Origin: a virus
Taxonomy: Duplodnaviria > Heunggongvirae > Uroviricota > Caudoviricetes
DNA length: 38,867 nt
Virus record (IMG/VR): IMGVR_UViG_2526164634_000034
Span: 1-38,867 of that record
Direction: 5' to 3' (one strand)
The notes under the pieces were generated by a model. That model had not been told where the DNA came from, made no database searches, and saw only the letters and a list, made by a program, of their open reading frames with translations. A program made the position numbers and the translations under genes. Below are positions 9,967 to 20,800 of this stretch, in pieces (position 1 is the first letter of the stretch; each line of letters begins with the position of its first letter).

Positions 9967-11238
9967 TTACGGATTACCGAAGAACTGACCGCCCATGTGA
10001 GGGTTAAAGCACACATATGCAGGCAGTAAGTCGAAACGCATTTTTTGCACGTTGGCATCGCCATCTGCGTATTTATGTACGCGGATGGAGAAACCTTCAT
10101 ATGTTGCAACAGCAGAATCAATACTGTGCAGTTTCGGTAGTGGGATAGAGCCAAGTCCACAGAAGAACTTGTTATAGAACAGGTTTGGCTTCATTGTCTG
10201 GCTAGCAGTGCCTACCACAGATACGGCATCGCCTGCCGCTACCTGACGACTTACAGAGTTGTACTGCGGGTTTGTAGTGTCATAAATCGGAACACCAGAA
10301 AGCGTAACCGTCACATCGCCACTGCTGTCTGAATCAGCATCAGCAGTAACCGTTGCTGTGAAGCTAATTGGTGTGGCTCCGTTATACAACGCCTGTTTGG
10401 TCTGCTGTTGCAGCCAGTAGGTATTGGTGAATTTAACCTGATCACCAGCTTTCAGGAAACCTGTAACGCTGGTTGTCGCTCCGGTCAATGTTACAGTGAA
10501 CTGGTATGAGTCTTTAACTGCGTTATAGGTAACAGTTGGCTGTGTTTTGACTGTCAGTGTTCCGCCAAATGCCCCCTGCGTACGAGAGGCAAGCCCATTA
10601 GATATCAGTGCGCGAATGCCGCCAAAATTGGTTGGGATCTGTGCGTTCTCCCATGCAGTACGAACCAATTGATCTGAAGCATGCAAACCAGTCTGCGCAT
10701 CAGCAAGTCGCTGTGCAGACCATGGATCCATTACAGCATAGTTTTCACCTTCATTAACGCCGAGGTCTTTCAGGAAAGATGCCGTCTGCGCAACATCAGA
10801 CCATTTGGTGATTGGAGTATTGGGGCTACCAAGTGACAACGCACCGTTATTCATCATGAAGTGAGCAAGCTCTGTTTCAAGGTCGGTAACGATTCGCTGG
10901 CGAACCGGCGCGAGAATTTCTTCCAGTTGGTTAAGCTTGATCGCTTCCTCCAGTTGCTGATATTCAACAGCAACAGTGATGTAGTTACCTACACGCCCCG
11001 TAGCTTTACCTGAGATCAGGTTGTTTTTATTTTGCCCTGAAATATCACCAGTGGGAGTACGGAGGGATGAGAATTGATGCGGACGTTTAAAGCTAACGCT
11101 ATCGCCAGTGCTGGAGTTGATTTCACCTGCCAGCAACTGACGGTCTACGGTTTTCGCCAGAACTAAATCTGACATAAAACCCGGAAGGAATTTTTTCAGA
11201 ACGATTTGACTGACGTTACTGTCGAGATTGTTAGGCAT
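9967..11238 (-). CDS. Major capsid (coat) protein, Sf6 type
   Basis: 423 aa beginning MPNNLDSNVSQIVLKKFLPGF...; matches the recalled Sf6 coat protein in length and sequence and is unlike P22 coat. Confidence 0.85.
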   Translation of the reverse strand: MPNNLDSNVSQIVLKKFLPGFMSDLVLAKTVDRQLLAGEINSSTGDSVSFKRPHQFSSLRTPTGDISGQNKNNLISGKATGRVGNYITVAVEYQQLEEAIKLNQLEEILAPVRQRIVTDLETELAHFMMNNGALSLGSPNTPITKWSDVAQTASFLKDLGVNEGENYAVMDPWSAQRLADAQTGLHASDQLVRTAWENAQIPTNFGGIRALISNGLASRTQGAFGGTLTVKTQPTVTYNAVKDSYQFTVTLTGATTSVTGFLKAGDQVKFTNTYWLQQQTKQALYNGATPISFTATVTADADSDSSGDVTVTLSGVPIYDTTNPQYNSVSRQVAAGDAVSVVGTASQTMKPNLFYNKFFCGLGSIPLPKLHSIDSAVATYEGFSIRVHKYADGDANVQKMRFDLLPAYVCFNPHMGGQFFGNP

Positions 11239-11249
11239 TTATCTTTTCC

Positions 11250-12134
11250 TTATTCGATTTTTGCGCCGGGGCATAATTTGTTGAATTCGTCTTGTTTCGC
11301 ATCAGCACCGCCACCACGTACTTCCGGCTCTGGCTTGATGGCTTTCTTTGGTTTTGGAGCAAGGCTTACCTGTTTGCTAATCTGCCCCAAGAGGAATGCT
11401 GCGCGAATTGGATCTGTCTCAGCGGCTACACGCTGGCGTAATTGCTGGCTCTTACCTAAGCCATAGGCGAGTAGTTCAGAGCCTTCGTCTGCACAGTGAA
11501 TGATGATTTCCTGCTGAATTGGTGGTAGCTCACTAAGAACAATGGCCTCCATTTCCTGATAATCTTTCACAGGAAGTTTGGCTGCCCGTTGTTTATGCGC
11601 TTCTACCCTTTGCTGGAAACGCTGTTGGTATTCCTGTTGCTGACGTAGTTTTTGTTGCTGCTGCTGTTCGACACGGCCTTTTTTCTCATGCCAATCAGTC
11701 AATGCCTGTTCAAACGCCTGTTCGTCATAATCACACGACTCAAGAGTCGGTTTTGGTGGAATAGCGTCTGGTTGTGGTTGCTGATGTTCCGCTGGCTTGG
11801 CTAATGCTTCCTCAAGCTGGCGGCGCAACTCACGGTTTTCTTTCTGTGTTTCTTTGAAGCCTTTGCGAAGATCTTTCACCCATTGCGGTGCAGGTTGCCC
11901 GTCAATGTGATCATCATCGTCAGCGTTAAGCTGAATTTCTTCATCACCAATACGCAAGGCGTAATCTTCTGGTGTCTCTTCGGTTTTTTCAGGCTCAGTT
12001 GCCACCTCTTTACCGTTGTCATCCTGGCTTTCATTCTCAGGCTGTGACTCTGTTTGGATGATGGTTTCTTCTGCATTTTCCTGTGTTTCAGACAGGTCAA
12101 TAACCTGACCGTCGATGATCAGTTCGTTTTCCAT
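11250..12134 (-). CDS. Scaffolding protein
   Basis: 294-aa acidic, Gln/Glu-rich helical protein between the portal and coat genes. Confidence 0.75.
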   Translation of the reverse strand: MENELIIDGQVIDLSETQENAEETIIQTESQPENESQDDNGKEVATEPEKTEETPEDYALRIGDEEIQLNADDDDHIDGQPAPQWVKDLRKGFKETQKENRELRRQLEEALAKPAEHQQPQPDAIPPKPTLESCDYDEQAFEQALTDWHEKKGRVEQQQQQKLRQQQEYQQRFQQRVEAHKQRAAKLPVKDYQEMEAIVLSELPPIQQEIIIHCADEGSELLAYGLGKSQQLRQRVAAETDPIRAAFLLGQISKQVSLAPKPKKAIKPEPEVRGGGADAKQDEFNKLCPGAKIE

Positions 12135-12965
12135 TGATTACTCCTGGTTAACTCGGCATTAAGTCTGCCGGTGACTGTGGTGGTGACTGGAATTGCTGTT
12201 GTTGTGACTCGGCGACATCTTTCAGAAGGCGTATTGCCTCCATCACTGCTTTGTCATCGATGTTTCTGGCTTGAGCCAGTTTATAGACAGTGTTTGCCTG
12301 ACTCTCCATCGCATCCTGCTGGGCAGTAAATGCTTTGATTTGAGTTTGAGCAGTTTCGTTAGTTGCTTTTTGCGCTTCTGCCTGCGCTGCTACCATTTGC
12401 GCCTGAGCGAGAACCATTTCAGGATTTGGCTGGCTTTGTGCTGCCATTTGCGCCTGTTGAACAATCTGCTGCTCTTTCTCATTGCGTGGTTTTGCAATAC
12501 CAGATATCAGCAGTTGGTTTCGGTTGTACTCTTTGAAGTCATCAAGGCCTTCGCCATCGATATTGTCCAGAATAATACCCTGAATTGCCGGGCGCATTGG
12601 GTCTGTTGGAAGCATAGAGCTAAGGACATTTGTCAGTACAGAAACCGTTGCATCACGTCGTGCTGTGTAGCTTGGTCCAACATCAACCGTCACATCGTAT
12701 CGACCGACAGAAAGGTCATTTAACGCAACAACAGCCCCTGTTTGCCTGTCAACAACCTGTGCGCTCAGGACAGCGATATCATCACTTCCATCTTCGTTAA
12801 CGATGCGCACTTCACGTTCTGAACCGTACACTTCACGCGCCATTGACAGCCATACTTCACCAGCGCGTTTAAGACTTTTCGCCATATTATCCAGATAGAT
12901 AAACGAAGCCATATCTGCTCTGTTCATCAAGTTGTTAACCGTTTCCTGAGCAATATTACTTGGCA

Positions 12966-14294
12966 CTGAGAGATCCCCTCATAATTTCCCCAAAACGTAA
13001 CCATGTGTGAATAGATTTTGAGTAAGCAGGGTTGCAGCCACGAGTGAGTCTTCCCTTGTTATTGTGTAGCCAGAATGCCGCAAAACTTCCATGCCTAAGC
13101 GAACTGTTGAGAGTACGTTTCGATTTCTGACTGTGTTAGCCTGGAAGTGCTTGTCCCAACCTTGTTTCTGAGCATGAACGCCCGCAAGCCAACATGTTAG
13201 TTGAAGCATCAGGGCGATTAGCAGCATGATATCAAAACGCTCTGAGCTGCTCGTTCGGCTATGGCGTAGGCCTAGTCCGTAGGCAGGACTTTTCAAGTCT
13301 CGGAAGGTTTCTTCAATCTGCATTCGCTTCGAATAGATATTAACAAGTTGTTTGGGTGTTCGAATTTCAACAGGTAAGTTAGTTGCTAGAATCCATGGCT
13401 CCTTTGCCGACGCTGAGTAGATTTTAGGTGACGGGTGGTGACAATGAGTCCGTGTCGAGCGCTGATTTTTTCGGCCTTTAGAGCGAGATTTATACAATAG
13501 AATTTGGCATGAGATTGGATTGCTTTTAGTCAGCCTCTTATAGCCTAAAGTCTTTGAGTGACTAGATGACATATCATGTAAGTTGCTGATAGGTTTCCAG
13601 TTTTCCGCTCCTAGGTCTGCATATTGTACTTTTCCTCTTACTCGACTTAACCAGTACCAACCCAGCTTCTCAACGGATTTATACCATGGCACTTTAAAGC
13701 CAGCATCACTGACAATGAGCGGTGTGGTGTTACTCGGTAGAATGCTCGCAAGGTCGGCTAGAAATTGGTCATGAGCTTTCTTTGAACATTGCTCTGAAAG
13801 CGGGAACGCTTTCTCATAAAGAGTAACAGAACGACCGTGTAGTGCGACTGAAGCTCGCAATACCATAAGCCGTTTTTGCTCACGGATATCAGACCAGTCA
13901 ACAAGTACAATGGGCATCGTATTGCCCGAACAGATAAAGCTAGCATGCCAACGGTATACAGCGAGTCGCTCTTTGTGGAGGTGACGATTACCTAACAATC
14001 GGTCGATTCGTTTGATGTTATGTTTTGTTCTCGCTTTGGTTGGCAGGTTACGGCCAAGTTCGGTAAGAGTGAGAGTTTTACAGTCAAGTAAGGCGTGGCA
14101 AGCCAACGTTAAGCTGTTGAGTCGTTTTAAGTGTAATTCGGGGCAGAATTGGTAAAGAGAGTCGTGTAAAATATCGAGTTCGCACATTTTGTTGTCTGAT
14201 TATTGATTTTTGGCGAAACCATTTGATCATATGACAAGATGTGTATCTACCTTAACTTAATGATTTTGATAAAAATCATTAGGGGATTCATCAG
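12966..14294 (-). mobile_element. IS10 (1329 bp) with 9-bp target-site duplication TACTTGGCA
   Basis: Terminal sequences CTGAGAGATCCCCTCATAATTTCCCC (12966..) and ...AATCATTAGGGGATTCATCAG (..14294); identical 9-bp direct repeats at 12957..12965 and 14295..14303. Confidence 0.95.
12979..14187 (-). CDS. IS10 transposase
   Basis: 402 aa, MCELDILHDSLYQFCPELHLKRLNSLTLACHALLDCK..., matching the recalled IS10 (Tn10) transposase. Confidence 0.95.
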   Translation of the reverse strand: MCELDILHDSLYQFCPELHLKRLNSLTLACHALLDCKTLTLTELGRNLPTKARTKHNIKRIDRLLGNRHLHKERLAVYRWHASFICSGNTMPIVLVDWSDIREQKRLMVLRASVALHGRSVTLYEKAFPLSEQCSKKAHDQFLADLASILPSNTTPLIVSDAGFKVPWYKSVEKLGWYWLSRVRGKVQYADLGAENWKPISNLHDMSSSHSKTLGYKRLTKSNPISCQILLYKSRSKGRKNQRSTRTHCHHPSPKIYSASAKEPWILATNLPVEIRTPKQLVNIYSKRMQIEETFRDLKSPAYGLGLRHSRTSSSERFDIMLLIALMLQLTCWLAGVHAQKQGWDKHFQANTVRNRNVLSTVRLGMEVLRHSGYTITREDSLVAATLLTQNLFTHGYVLGKL

Positions 14295-15614
14295 TACTTG
14301 GCATCTGCTGCATGGCCTGACTGCCGCCTGTAACCTCCTGAATATCAGCACTGGTTTGCTGTAGTAATGCAGCCAATGCCTGATTCATAACCGCAGGCTG
14401 TGTATATCCTGCCGGGGTAGCTCCAGCGATAATGTTGCCAGATTTATCTCTCACTTCGCGCAACGGCAAGAACGCTGGGCGTTTCTTGTTGCGAGCCTCC
14501 CAGTGCTTCTCAAGTCCACGAATTTGCTCCATGCCAACTATAGGGATCTGACCGGGGTCTTGCGCTGCAGTATCAGCCAGCATTGAAACCTGAAGGTTGT
14601 ACAAACGCTGTGGATCCATTGCTTTTGCAATGTGCCCTTCGACACGCTCAATGTCATCAATGAACCAGCGTTTTCCATAAACCGGGATGAGGGGGATATG
14701 CTCACCAGGAATACGTCGAGGTTTCTCAAGGAAACCATCACCATCCACTACGGATACATACACACGACGGCGCTTCACTGAGCGCCTTGCCACTTCCTGA
14801 AATCCAGCTATTGCCAGTTCATCTTCAATATCTTCAACCTGATCACTGTCGTATGTTGCAATCTCTCCAGTGATTGGATGTCGATAACTGATGACGTCAA
14901 CAGACTCTTTACGAACTTCGTAATACTTCGCTATGTAAATAACATCTGCACCAAACCAGTTATATTCCCAACTGGTCATAGACGTTACATCCAGAGAAGT
15001 GGGAGGTTTCTTTCCGTATTCAGCCTCATATTTTTCAGGTGACAACGAATACATACAGAACGCCCACAACGCGTCAGATTTGTCGTACTTCTTAGCGTCA
15101 GGGTCAAACCACACAGAGCGCGACGGGTCGTATATTGGTTCAATAGCAATACGCTGACGATCGTCCATGGGGTCGTATTCATTGACCAGCATCGACGCCA
15201 AACGGAAGCAACCGAAACCACCAGTAGCAGCGTCGTCAAATGCATTATCGCAAGCCTCACCGCCATCAGTTTCTTCGTAGTCAGCACGGAACAGACCATT
15301 TAATTTATTGGCTAACTCTTCGCTTGCCTCTCTGTCACCAGGACGAAACTTAACGGTTATTCTGTTATTGCGGTATTCTGCAATGATGCGGTTAAGTTCA
15401 GTTGCTACCTTATTGATTTCAAACTTAGGATACTTCTCGAACTGCTCATCAAGCTTAGTTCCAGCCGCCGTTGCTCCTTCCCATTGACCTCCGGGGACAC
15501 GAGCAAACCTCGTAGCTTCAATGCACTTTTCGCGCACTTCCTTCTGTGGAGAATAGGCGCGGTCAAACCTGAGCATGATCCGCTCATGTTTTTTCTCTAA
15601 TGTCTCTGCCATGT

Positions 15615-17027
15615 TTACCAACCGGAGGATGAGGGAACGTATATTTCTGTTTCTTCGCGGACCAATGCCGGGAAATGCATACACATCATCAGCGCATCAG
15701 CCAGGTTAGGAGATGGAATACCGAGCTTCTGCTTCATTTCGACCTTAGTCATAAGCTCCAGCTTCCCGTTATTATTGAATTTGCGCTGAATCTGAGTCAG
15801 TTCTGCAAACAGCTTCTCCAGCATCTTCTCGCCTATCGCTTCTTTGTCGAAACTCAGCATGTCGTCGGGGTCTGCATACTCACCGTGAACAACCGCCCGA
15901 TATGTCAGATACAGCCTGTCAGCCAGCGCATAATAGAATTGCGCTCGCTTATTGCGGAATACATCGCCAATAGTGCGAACGTTGTCGCCCTGTACTACTT
16001 CATCAGCCCATGCTCCGGCCTGATACGGCGCATCTTCATCGAATGGCGATTCGCTGCCCTTGAACATCGTGGCGGTGATTTTCTTGCCGGAGAACGCTTC
16101 CGTTGTCTGTCTGCGTAGCCCGGCACCAACACCATCACCATCCCACAGGTAGTGGTCAGCGCCGTCTTCAATCGCCAGAGAAGTAGCCCAGTCAGCACCC
16201 TCGTTGATGTCCATCAGCAGACCTTCGGCAATGCGTTTAACTACCGAACCGTGGCGCGATGCGTAACCTTTAGCATCTGGCCCTGTATCTGACGGGTCAT
16301 GTGCAGAAACAACAGCGCCTTTCGCTTTCCATCCGAGTTTCTTGTGCGCATCGGTTGCGGCTTCAAGCCATTCACGTTTGATGATTGCCATATCACTTGC
16401 GCTTACCGGCTCACCAAGCCAGATGTGACGATACAGTGTCGGGTTTCTGCGTTTACACTCTTCCATCTCCAGACGGAGAACTTCAGGAAAGTGCGGGTTG
16501 TCGGTGTAGTTCACCGTCAGCAGACAAATATCATCAGGAGGGTTTACGACGAATCGCTGATAGGTATCGTCGAGGATGTTTTTCGGGTTAAAGCTCACCC
16601 ATATTTCGGAAAACGGCTTGCGGATTGTTGGGATCAGGATATCCCACGATTCCTTTGTTACCGCTTCCGCTTCTTCCACCCAGCAGATATCAATGCCTTC
16701 GAGCGATTTAATCTTCGTCGGGTTGTTTTTGATGCCGTAGAACATGAACTCAGCATTCGTTCCGAGATGACGAATCATGGAACGCTGAATTTCAAACTCA
16801 GCCGAATACCCTTCACGCTCGATGGTATCTTCAAGCAACCGGATTACCGAATCGCTGATACTGTTTTGCAGTTCACGAGCGCAGAGTATGCGCACAGGCT
16901 GCCGACGCGCCGCTTCAACAAGCAGCCTCGCAATTGCCCATGACTTACCGCTACCTCGACCGCCTTTGGCGACTTTGTAGCGATGCGCCTCAATGAACGG
17001 TTCAAAGATAGGATTAATCGAGGTCAT
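15615..17027 (-). CDS. Terminase large subunit
   Basis: 470 aa (Sf6 gp2 size) with Walker A-like KVAKGGRGSGKS near the N-terminus; stop overlaps the portal start. Confidence 0.9.
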   Translation of the reverse strand: MTSINPIFEPFIEAHRYKVAKGGRGSGKSWAIARLLVEAARRQPVRILCARELQNSISDSVIRLLEDTIEREGYSAEFEIQRSMIRHLGTNAEFMFYGIKNNPTKIKSLEGIDICWVEEAEAVTKESWDILIPTIRKPFSEIWVSFNPKNILDDTYQRFVVNPPDDICLLTVNYTDNPHFPEVLRLEMEECKRRNPTLYRHIWLGEPVSASDMAIIKREWLEAATDAHKKLGWKAKGAVVSAHDPSDTGPDAKGYASRHGSVVKRIAEGLLMDINEGADWATSLAIEDGADHYLWDGDGVGAGLRRQTTEAFSGKKITATMFKGSESPFDEDAPYQAGAWADEVVQGDNVRTIGDVFRNKRAQFYYALADRLYLTYRAVVHGEYADPDDMLSFDKEAIGEKMLEKLFAELTQIQRKFNNNGKLELMTKVEMKQKLGIPSPNLADALMMCMHFPALVREETEIYVPSSSGW

Positions 17028-17449
17028 TTTCCGAATAGAGTGCTCATCGGTGATGTTTCAATCTGAATTGCGCCGCCGTCCTTACCGACAAGCTCGTTAG
17101 TTACCTTGTCGCCATACTTACGGGGATTCATTCGGGCCAGCGCCCATTTGCGGGTATCAACGCGAAGTCTTGCCTTTGCCACCTCAGCAGCATCTGGAAT
17201 CGCAGTGTCAGCAATTTCGAATATCTCTTCGAAAATAGAATCAGCTCGCGCCTCAGTTGCCTTCGCGTACTTGTCTCTAAAGTCGTCATGCTCTGACAGC
17301 CAGCGAAATACAGTAGCCTTTGCTGGCATGCCGGGGCGCTTGCAAACCTTAACCAGACTTTCCCCGGAGGCAAGCAGCGCACAGATATCATCAGCCACCT
17401 CCGGCAGGTAATCCGAAGGGCGACCGACATTCTTTTTCTCAGTCGCCAT
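17024..17449 (-). CDS. Terminase small subunit (Sf6 gp1-like)
   Basis: 141 aa immediately upstream of and overlapping the large terminase. Confidence 0.8.
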   Translation of the reverse strand: MATEKKNVGRPSDYLPEVADDICALLASGESLVKVCKRPGMPAKATVFRWLSEHDDFRDKYAKATEARADSIFEEIFEIADTAIPDAAEVAKARLRVDTRKWALARMNPRKYGDKVTNELVGKDGGAIQIETSPMSTLFGK

Positions 17450-17528
17450 ATTGATTATTTCCCTTCTGCTTGCTTATCCCATTCATCGCGGAATTTGGAT
17501 GGGTTGTCGAAACCTTGAGTTGCCATGT

Positions 17529-17771
17529 TTATGCTCCGGTAGTGAACAGGTCTAACACTTCCTTCGATTTACGCACCGCTTCGATAGTGCGGGTCGTGAT
17601 ATCTGAATTAGCGCCACCTGACTGGAAGTGAATTTTAAATAGCTCAAGCTTCAGCTCGTCAGTGCCAATGAACTGAAATGCTTCTTCTGCGGCTGCGTTC
17701 TGGTTCATGACCAGTTTGTAAATCTCTAACTGGAATTTCTGTTCTTCAGTCATGGGAATAATCTCTGCCAT
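17529..17771 (-). CDS. Hypothetical 80-aa protein
   Basis: ORF with plausible spacing upstream of the packaging genes; no recognisable motif. Confidence 0.4.
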   Translation of the reverse strand: MAEIIPMTEEQKFQLEIYKLVMNQNAAAEEAFQFIGTDELKLELFKIHFQSGGANSDITTRTIEAVRKSKEVLDLFTTGA

Positions 17772-18027
17772 TGTTGGCTCCGTTTATCCGTTAAAAGGGA
17801 TATCAGTTAAGTTATCCCGTGCAGGGTATAAGCCATTGTCGAGACCACTCATTGAATGGCCTCTGCAATAACCGATGTCTTTCCATCAGTCCGCCACCAC
17901 AAAGAATCTTTTTTGCCATAAGGCTGGAGGTTCATCTTTCAGTGGCTGCCAGTGTTATTTCCCCACTTACTGGCTTGGGTTGTTTCGCTGTACTGCCGTA
18001 ATGCAAAAACTGGATTAACCTGCGAAA

Positions 18028-18558
18028 TCACACCATTCCGGGCAAATACATTTGCACTTCATTTGCCGCTCTCTCACGTGCAACATGAAGCAATCTTTTT
18101 CGCCCACCAACGCCCCACTTAGCCATTTGGCTTGCGCACTGGCTTATCGCTTTGGTTTCAGTATTGATGATGTGATCGATTCTATTCAGACGGGACATTG
18201 CGCCAACGCCGAGACGGACAACCGTTTTGAAAACTTCATAAACTTCGATTTCAAATTCCGGCTTAATCCATGCTGCATATCTGATTGCCAGAAGTTCAAC
18301 ACCCCACACACCTGGTTCTGCACCACCTTTGATTATTTTAAGTGGCTGAATTTGTTCCAAAGTGCTTTTTTGCACTTTGGCCTCCAGTGCTTTTATGAAG
18401 CGTTTTATCTGCGCGCTACGCAAAAACTGGCTTGGGCGCTGTTGCTCTGTAGCCTCTCCATTTGCAACTGCTGCTGCATGGAGATCGTTTAAGTTGTAGC
18501 GTCCATCCTCATCAACACGAACGGACACACCATTGACAATAACTGTTGGGTACTTCAT
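18028..18558 (-). CDS. KilA-N domain-like protein
   Basis: 176 aa; the N-terminal half has a KilA-N-like pattern (VIVNGVSVRVDEDGRYNLNDLH ... GVWGVELLAIRYAAWIKPEFEIEV). Confidence 0.5.
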   Translation of the reverse strand: MKYPTVIVNGVSVRVDEDGRYNLNDLHAAAVANGEATEQQRPSQFLRSAQIKRFIKALEAKVQKSTLEQIQPLKIIKGGAEPGVWGVELLAIRYAAWIKPEFEIEVYEVFKTVVRLGVGAMSRLNRIDHIINTETKAISQCASQMAKWGVGGRKRLLHVARERAANEVQMYLPGMV

Positions 18559-18705
18559 CAGTAATTACCTTTTAGTGATGAACCTTGTCACACAGGATTC
18601 CGGCCCACAGAAAGGTACCGATCACCAAACCGGCATCCTCAAGGGTCATCCTGAAAGGTTCTGTGTTCATAAGTCGCGCGTGTGAAGCGCGTTTACTGCG
18701 GACAT

Positions 18706-18728
18706 AAAAAAGCCCCGCATCGCGAGGC
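18706..18728 (-). terminator. Rho-independent terminator after the lysis cassette
   Basis: On the minus strand GCCUCGC-GAU-GCGGGGC (one G-U pair) followed by UUUUUUAU, about 35 nt downstream of the Rz stop. Confidence 0.5.
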
Positions 18729-18760
18729 TCATTAAATGGACTTTGTGATTTGCAAAAAAA

Positions 18761-19198
18761 TTATTTCAGGCACTGAGCCCTGATGTACTCCTGCAGGTAG
18801 TTAACCTGCGCGGTTATCCTGTCTATTCCACTTCGGAGACGGTAATAATTGAGTTCAGCATCTGCTGTAAGTCTTGGGCTTTCTCCATCGCCCATGCTGC
18901 TGGCTCCGGTCGTTGACTTTGCACAGGTGGCGGCGACTTGCAGGCGCTTACGACCAGCAGAAACATCAGCACGGAGACTTTCGATAGTCGCGTTAGCATC
19001 AGCAAGCTCCTTTGTGTATCTGGCGTCGAGTTCTGCTACATCACGTTGACGCTTCTGCATGTCAGCGATGATGGATGCGGCCTTATCGCGCTGTTCTTTG
19101 TAGGCGATGGCGTTATCACGGTAATGATTGACCGCCCACGACAGGCAGACGATGATGCAGATAACCAGAGCGGAGATAATCGCGGTTACTCTGCTCAT
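18761..19198 (-). CDS. Rz: Rz i-spanin
   Basis: 145 aa with N-terminal membrane anchor and coiled-coil periplasmic domain; follows the endolysin gene. Confidence 0.9.
   Translation of the reverse strand: MSRVTAIISALVICIIVCLSWAVNHYRDNAIAYKEQRDKAASIIADMQKRQRDVAELDARYTKELADANATIESLRADVSAGRKRLQVAATCAKSTTGASSMGDGESPRLTADAELNYYRLRSGIDRITAQVNYLQEYIRAQCLK
18823..19005 (-). CDS. Rz1: Rz1 o-spanin lipoprotein, embedded in Rz in the +1 frame
   Basis: 60 aa with lipobox (LLVVSAC) and a proline-rich mature region; lambda-like embedded arrangement. Confidence 0.85.
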   Translation of the reverse strand: MLMLTRLSKVSVLMFLLVVSACKSPPPVQSQRPEPAAWAMEKAQDLQQMLNSIITVSEVE

Positions 19199-19671
19199 AC
19201 CTCAATCTCTCTGACCGTTCCGCCTGCTTCTTTGAATTTTGCAATCAGGCTGTCAGCCTTATGCTCGAACTGACCATAACCAGCACCCGGCAGTGAAGCC
19301 CAGATATTGCTGCAACGGTCAATTGCCTGACGAATATCACCGCGATCAATCATCGGTAAAGCGCCACGCTCTTTAATCTGCTGCAATGCCACAGCGTCCT
19401 GGCTTTTCGGAGAGAAATCTTTCAGGCCAAGCTGCTTACGATAGGCATCCCACCAACGGGAAAGAAGCTGATAACGTCCGGCAGCTGTTGATTTAAGTTT
19501 CGGGTTTAGCGTGACAAGTTTGCGAGGATGATCGGAGTAATCAGTGAATAGCTCTCCGCCAACAATGACGTCATAACCATGATTTCTGGTTTTCTGACGT
19601 CCATTATCAGTTCCCTCTGACCACGCCAGCATATCGAGGAACGCCTTACGTTGATTATTGATTTCCACCAT
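19195..19671 (-). CDS. R: Endolysin (lytic transglycosylase), lambda R
   Basis: 158 aa, [39 protein letters not shown]...; near-identical to recalled lambda R. Confidence 0.95.
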   Translation of the reverse strand: MVEINNQRKAFLDMLAWSEGTDNGRQKTRNHGYDVIVGGELFTDYSDHPRKLVTLNPKLKSTAAGRYQLLSRWWDAYRKQLGLKDFSPKSQDAVALQQIKERGALPMIDRGDIRQAIDRCSNIWASLPGAGYGQFEHKADSLIAKFKEAGGTVREIEV

Positions 19672-19978
19672 CTTCTACTCCGGCTTTTTTAGCAGCGAAG
19701 CGTTTGATAAGCGAACCAATCGAGTCAGTACCGATGTAGCCGATGAACACGCTCGTTATATAAGCGAGATTGCTACTTAGTCCGGCGAAGTCGAGAAGGT
19801 CACGAATGAACCAGGCGATAATGGCGCACATCGTTGCGTCGATTACTGTTTTTGTAAACGCACCGCCATTATACCTGCCGCGAAGGTACGCCATTGCAAA
19901 CGCAAGGATTGCCCCGATGCCTTGTTCCTTTGCCGCGAGAATGGCGGCTAACAGGTCATGTTTTTCTGGCATCTTCAT
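19655..19978 (-). CDS. S: Holin, lambda S (S107/S105 dual start)
   Basis: 107 aa, [39 protein letters not shown]...; matches recalled lambda S including the MKM dual-start motif. Confidence 0.95.
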   Translation of the reverse strand: MKMPEKHDLLAAILAAKEQGIGAILAFAMAYLRGRYNGGAFTKTVIDATMCAIIAWFIRDLLDFAGLSSNLAYITSVFIGYIGTDSIGSLIKRFAAKKAGVEDGGNQ

Positions 19979-20530
19979 GTCTTACCCCCAGAAGGGGATC
20001 TGTTCAAATTAGGAATTATGGATATGGTCGCTTGAACAAATCCGGGTTACGGTTGATTTGTAACGGGTTTGTTCGTGACCGCATTCATGAGCAAATCTGG
20101 CGTGGATTGCGCCAACAATACATGCCGCTCATATCACGAAGCCCAGCCATTGATGCTGGGTTTTCTTTTTTAAAGCGCACTAGACAACCGTATCCACAGA
20201 GTGTCAGCAATGAGTTGGTTAGGTCTAGTTCTTGGTGGAAGTACGCTTTAAAAAATGGGCTGAGGGTTGTAGCCCAAAATACTTAGGGAATGGTAAGGAT
20301 GAACAACGGTTTTGCTCTGGGTGGATTTGGCTGTGGTGGCCGGCGCTGATCTCCGGCTTGTATACAGGCACCTTGTTCTTCCGAAGCTCTCCTGCGCGCA
20401 TCAGCCTGCGCATTCACCACACCGGAAAGAGCACTCAGTTGTACCGGCCAGTTGTGCCACTAAGAAATGCTTTCGCAGACCGTTAAGCTCTTTGCCAGTT
20501 CTTTAATGCTCTTACCTGTTGTGCAGATAT

Positions 20531-20590
20531 AAAAAATCCCGAAACCGTTGTGCAGGCTCTAACTATTACCTGCGAACTGTTTCGGGATTG
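20531..20590 (-). terminator. tR' terminator
   Basis: Minus-strand hairpin CCCGAAACAG...GGTTTCGGG followed by TTTTTTAT. Confidence 0.8.
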
Positions 20591-20722
20591 CATTTTGCAG
20601 ACCTCTCAGCCTGCGATGGTTGGAGTTCCAGACGATACGTCGAAGTGACCAACTAGGCGGAATCGGTAGTAAGCGCCGCCTCTTTTCATCTCACTACCAC
20701 AACGAGCGAATTAACCCATTGT
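20531..20722 (-). ncRNA. Lambda-type 6S RNA (pR' to tR' leader transcript)
   Basis: The sequence between the pR' -10 and the tR' hairpin matches the recalled lambda 6S region; about 192 nt. Confidence 0.65.
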
Positions 20723-20760
20723 TGGGTCAAATTTACCCAACTTTATTCAAAAAGTCAATA
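20722..20760 (-). promoter_or_regulatory. Late promoter pR' with overlapping qut site
   Basis: Minus strand: -35 TTGACT (20753..20758), 17-bp spacer, -10 TAAATT (20730..20735); matches recalled lambda pR'. Confidence 0.8.
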
Positions 20761-20800
20761 TCATGCCGTTAATATGTTGCCATCCGTGGCAATTATGCTG

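Larger units (their letters stand above)
12148..15612 (-). pseudogene. Portal protein gene interrupted by IS10
   Basis: 5' part 15612..14295 (MAETLEKKHERIMLRFD...) and 3' part 12965..12148 flank IS10. Deleting IS10 and one 9-bp duplication leaves 2127 nt, i.e. 708 codons plus stop in one frame, the recalled Sf6 portal length. Confidence 0.85.

Noticed and set aside
16299-16943. 214-aa plus-strand ORF
   Set aside because: Lies entirely antisense within the well-supported large terminase gene.
17819-18001. 60-aa plus-strand ORF in the intergenic gap
   Set aside because: Opposite to the local transcription direction with no ribosome-binding site.
18600-18670. 32-aa minus-strand ORF (MNTEPFRMTLEDAGLVIGTFLWAGILCDKVHH) between Rz and the KilA-N-like gene
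   Set aside because: No Shine-Dalgarno sequence upstream and it begins downstream of the predicted terminator; too weak to call.
20012-20530. Several 60-130-aa ORFs on both strands between S and tR'
   Set aside because: This stretch corresponds to the lambda-type non-coding late leader region; the ORFs overlap each other in different frames and lack ribosome-binding sites.
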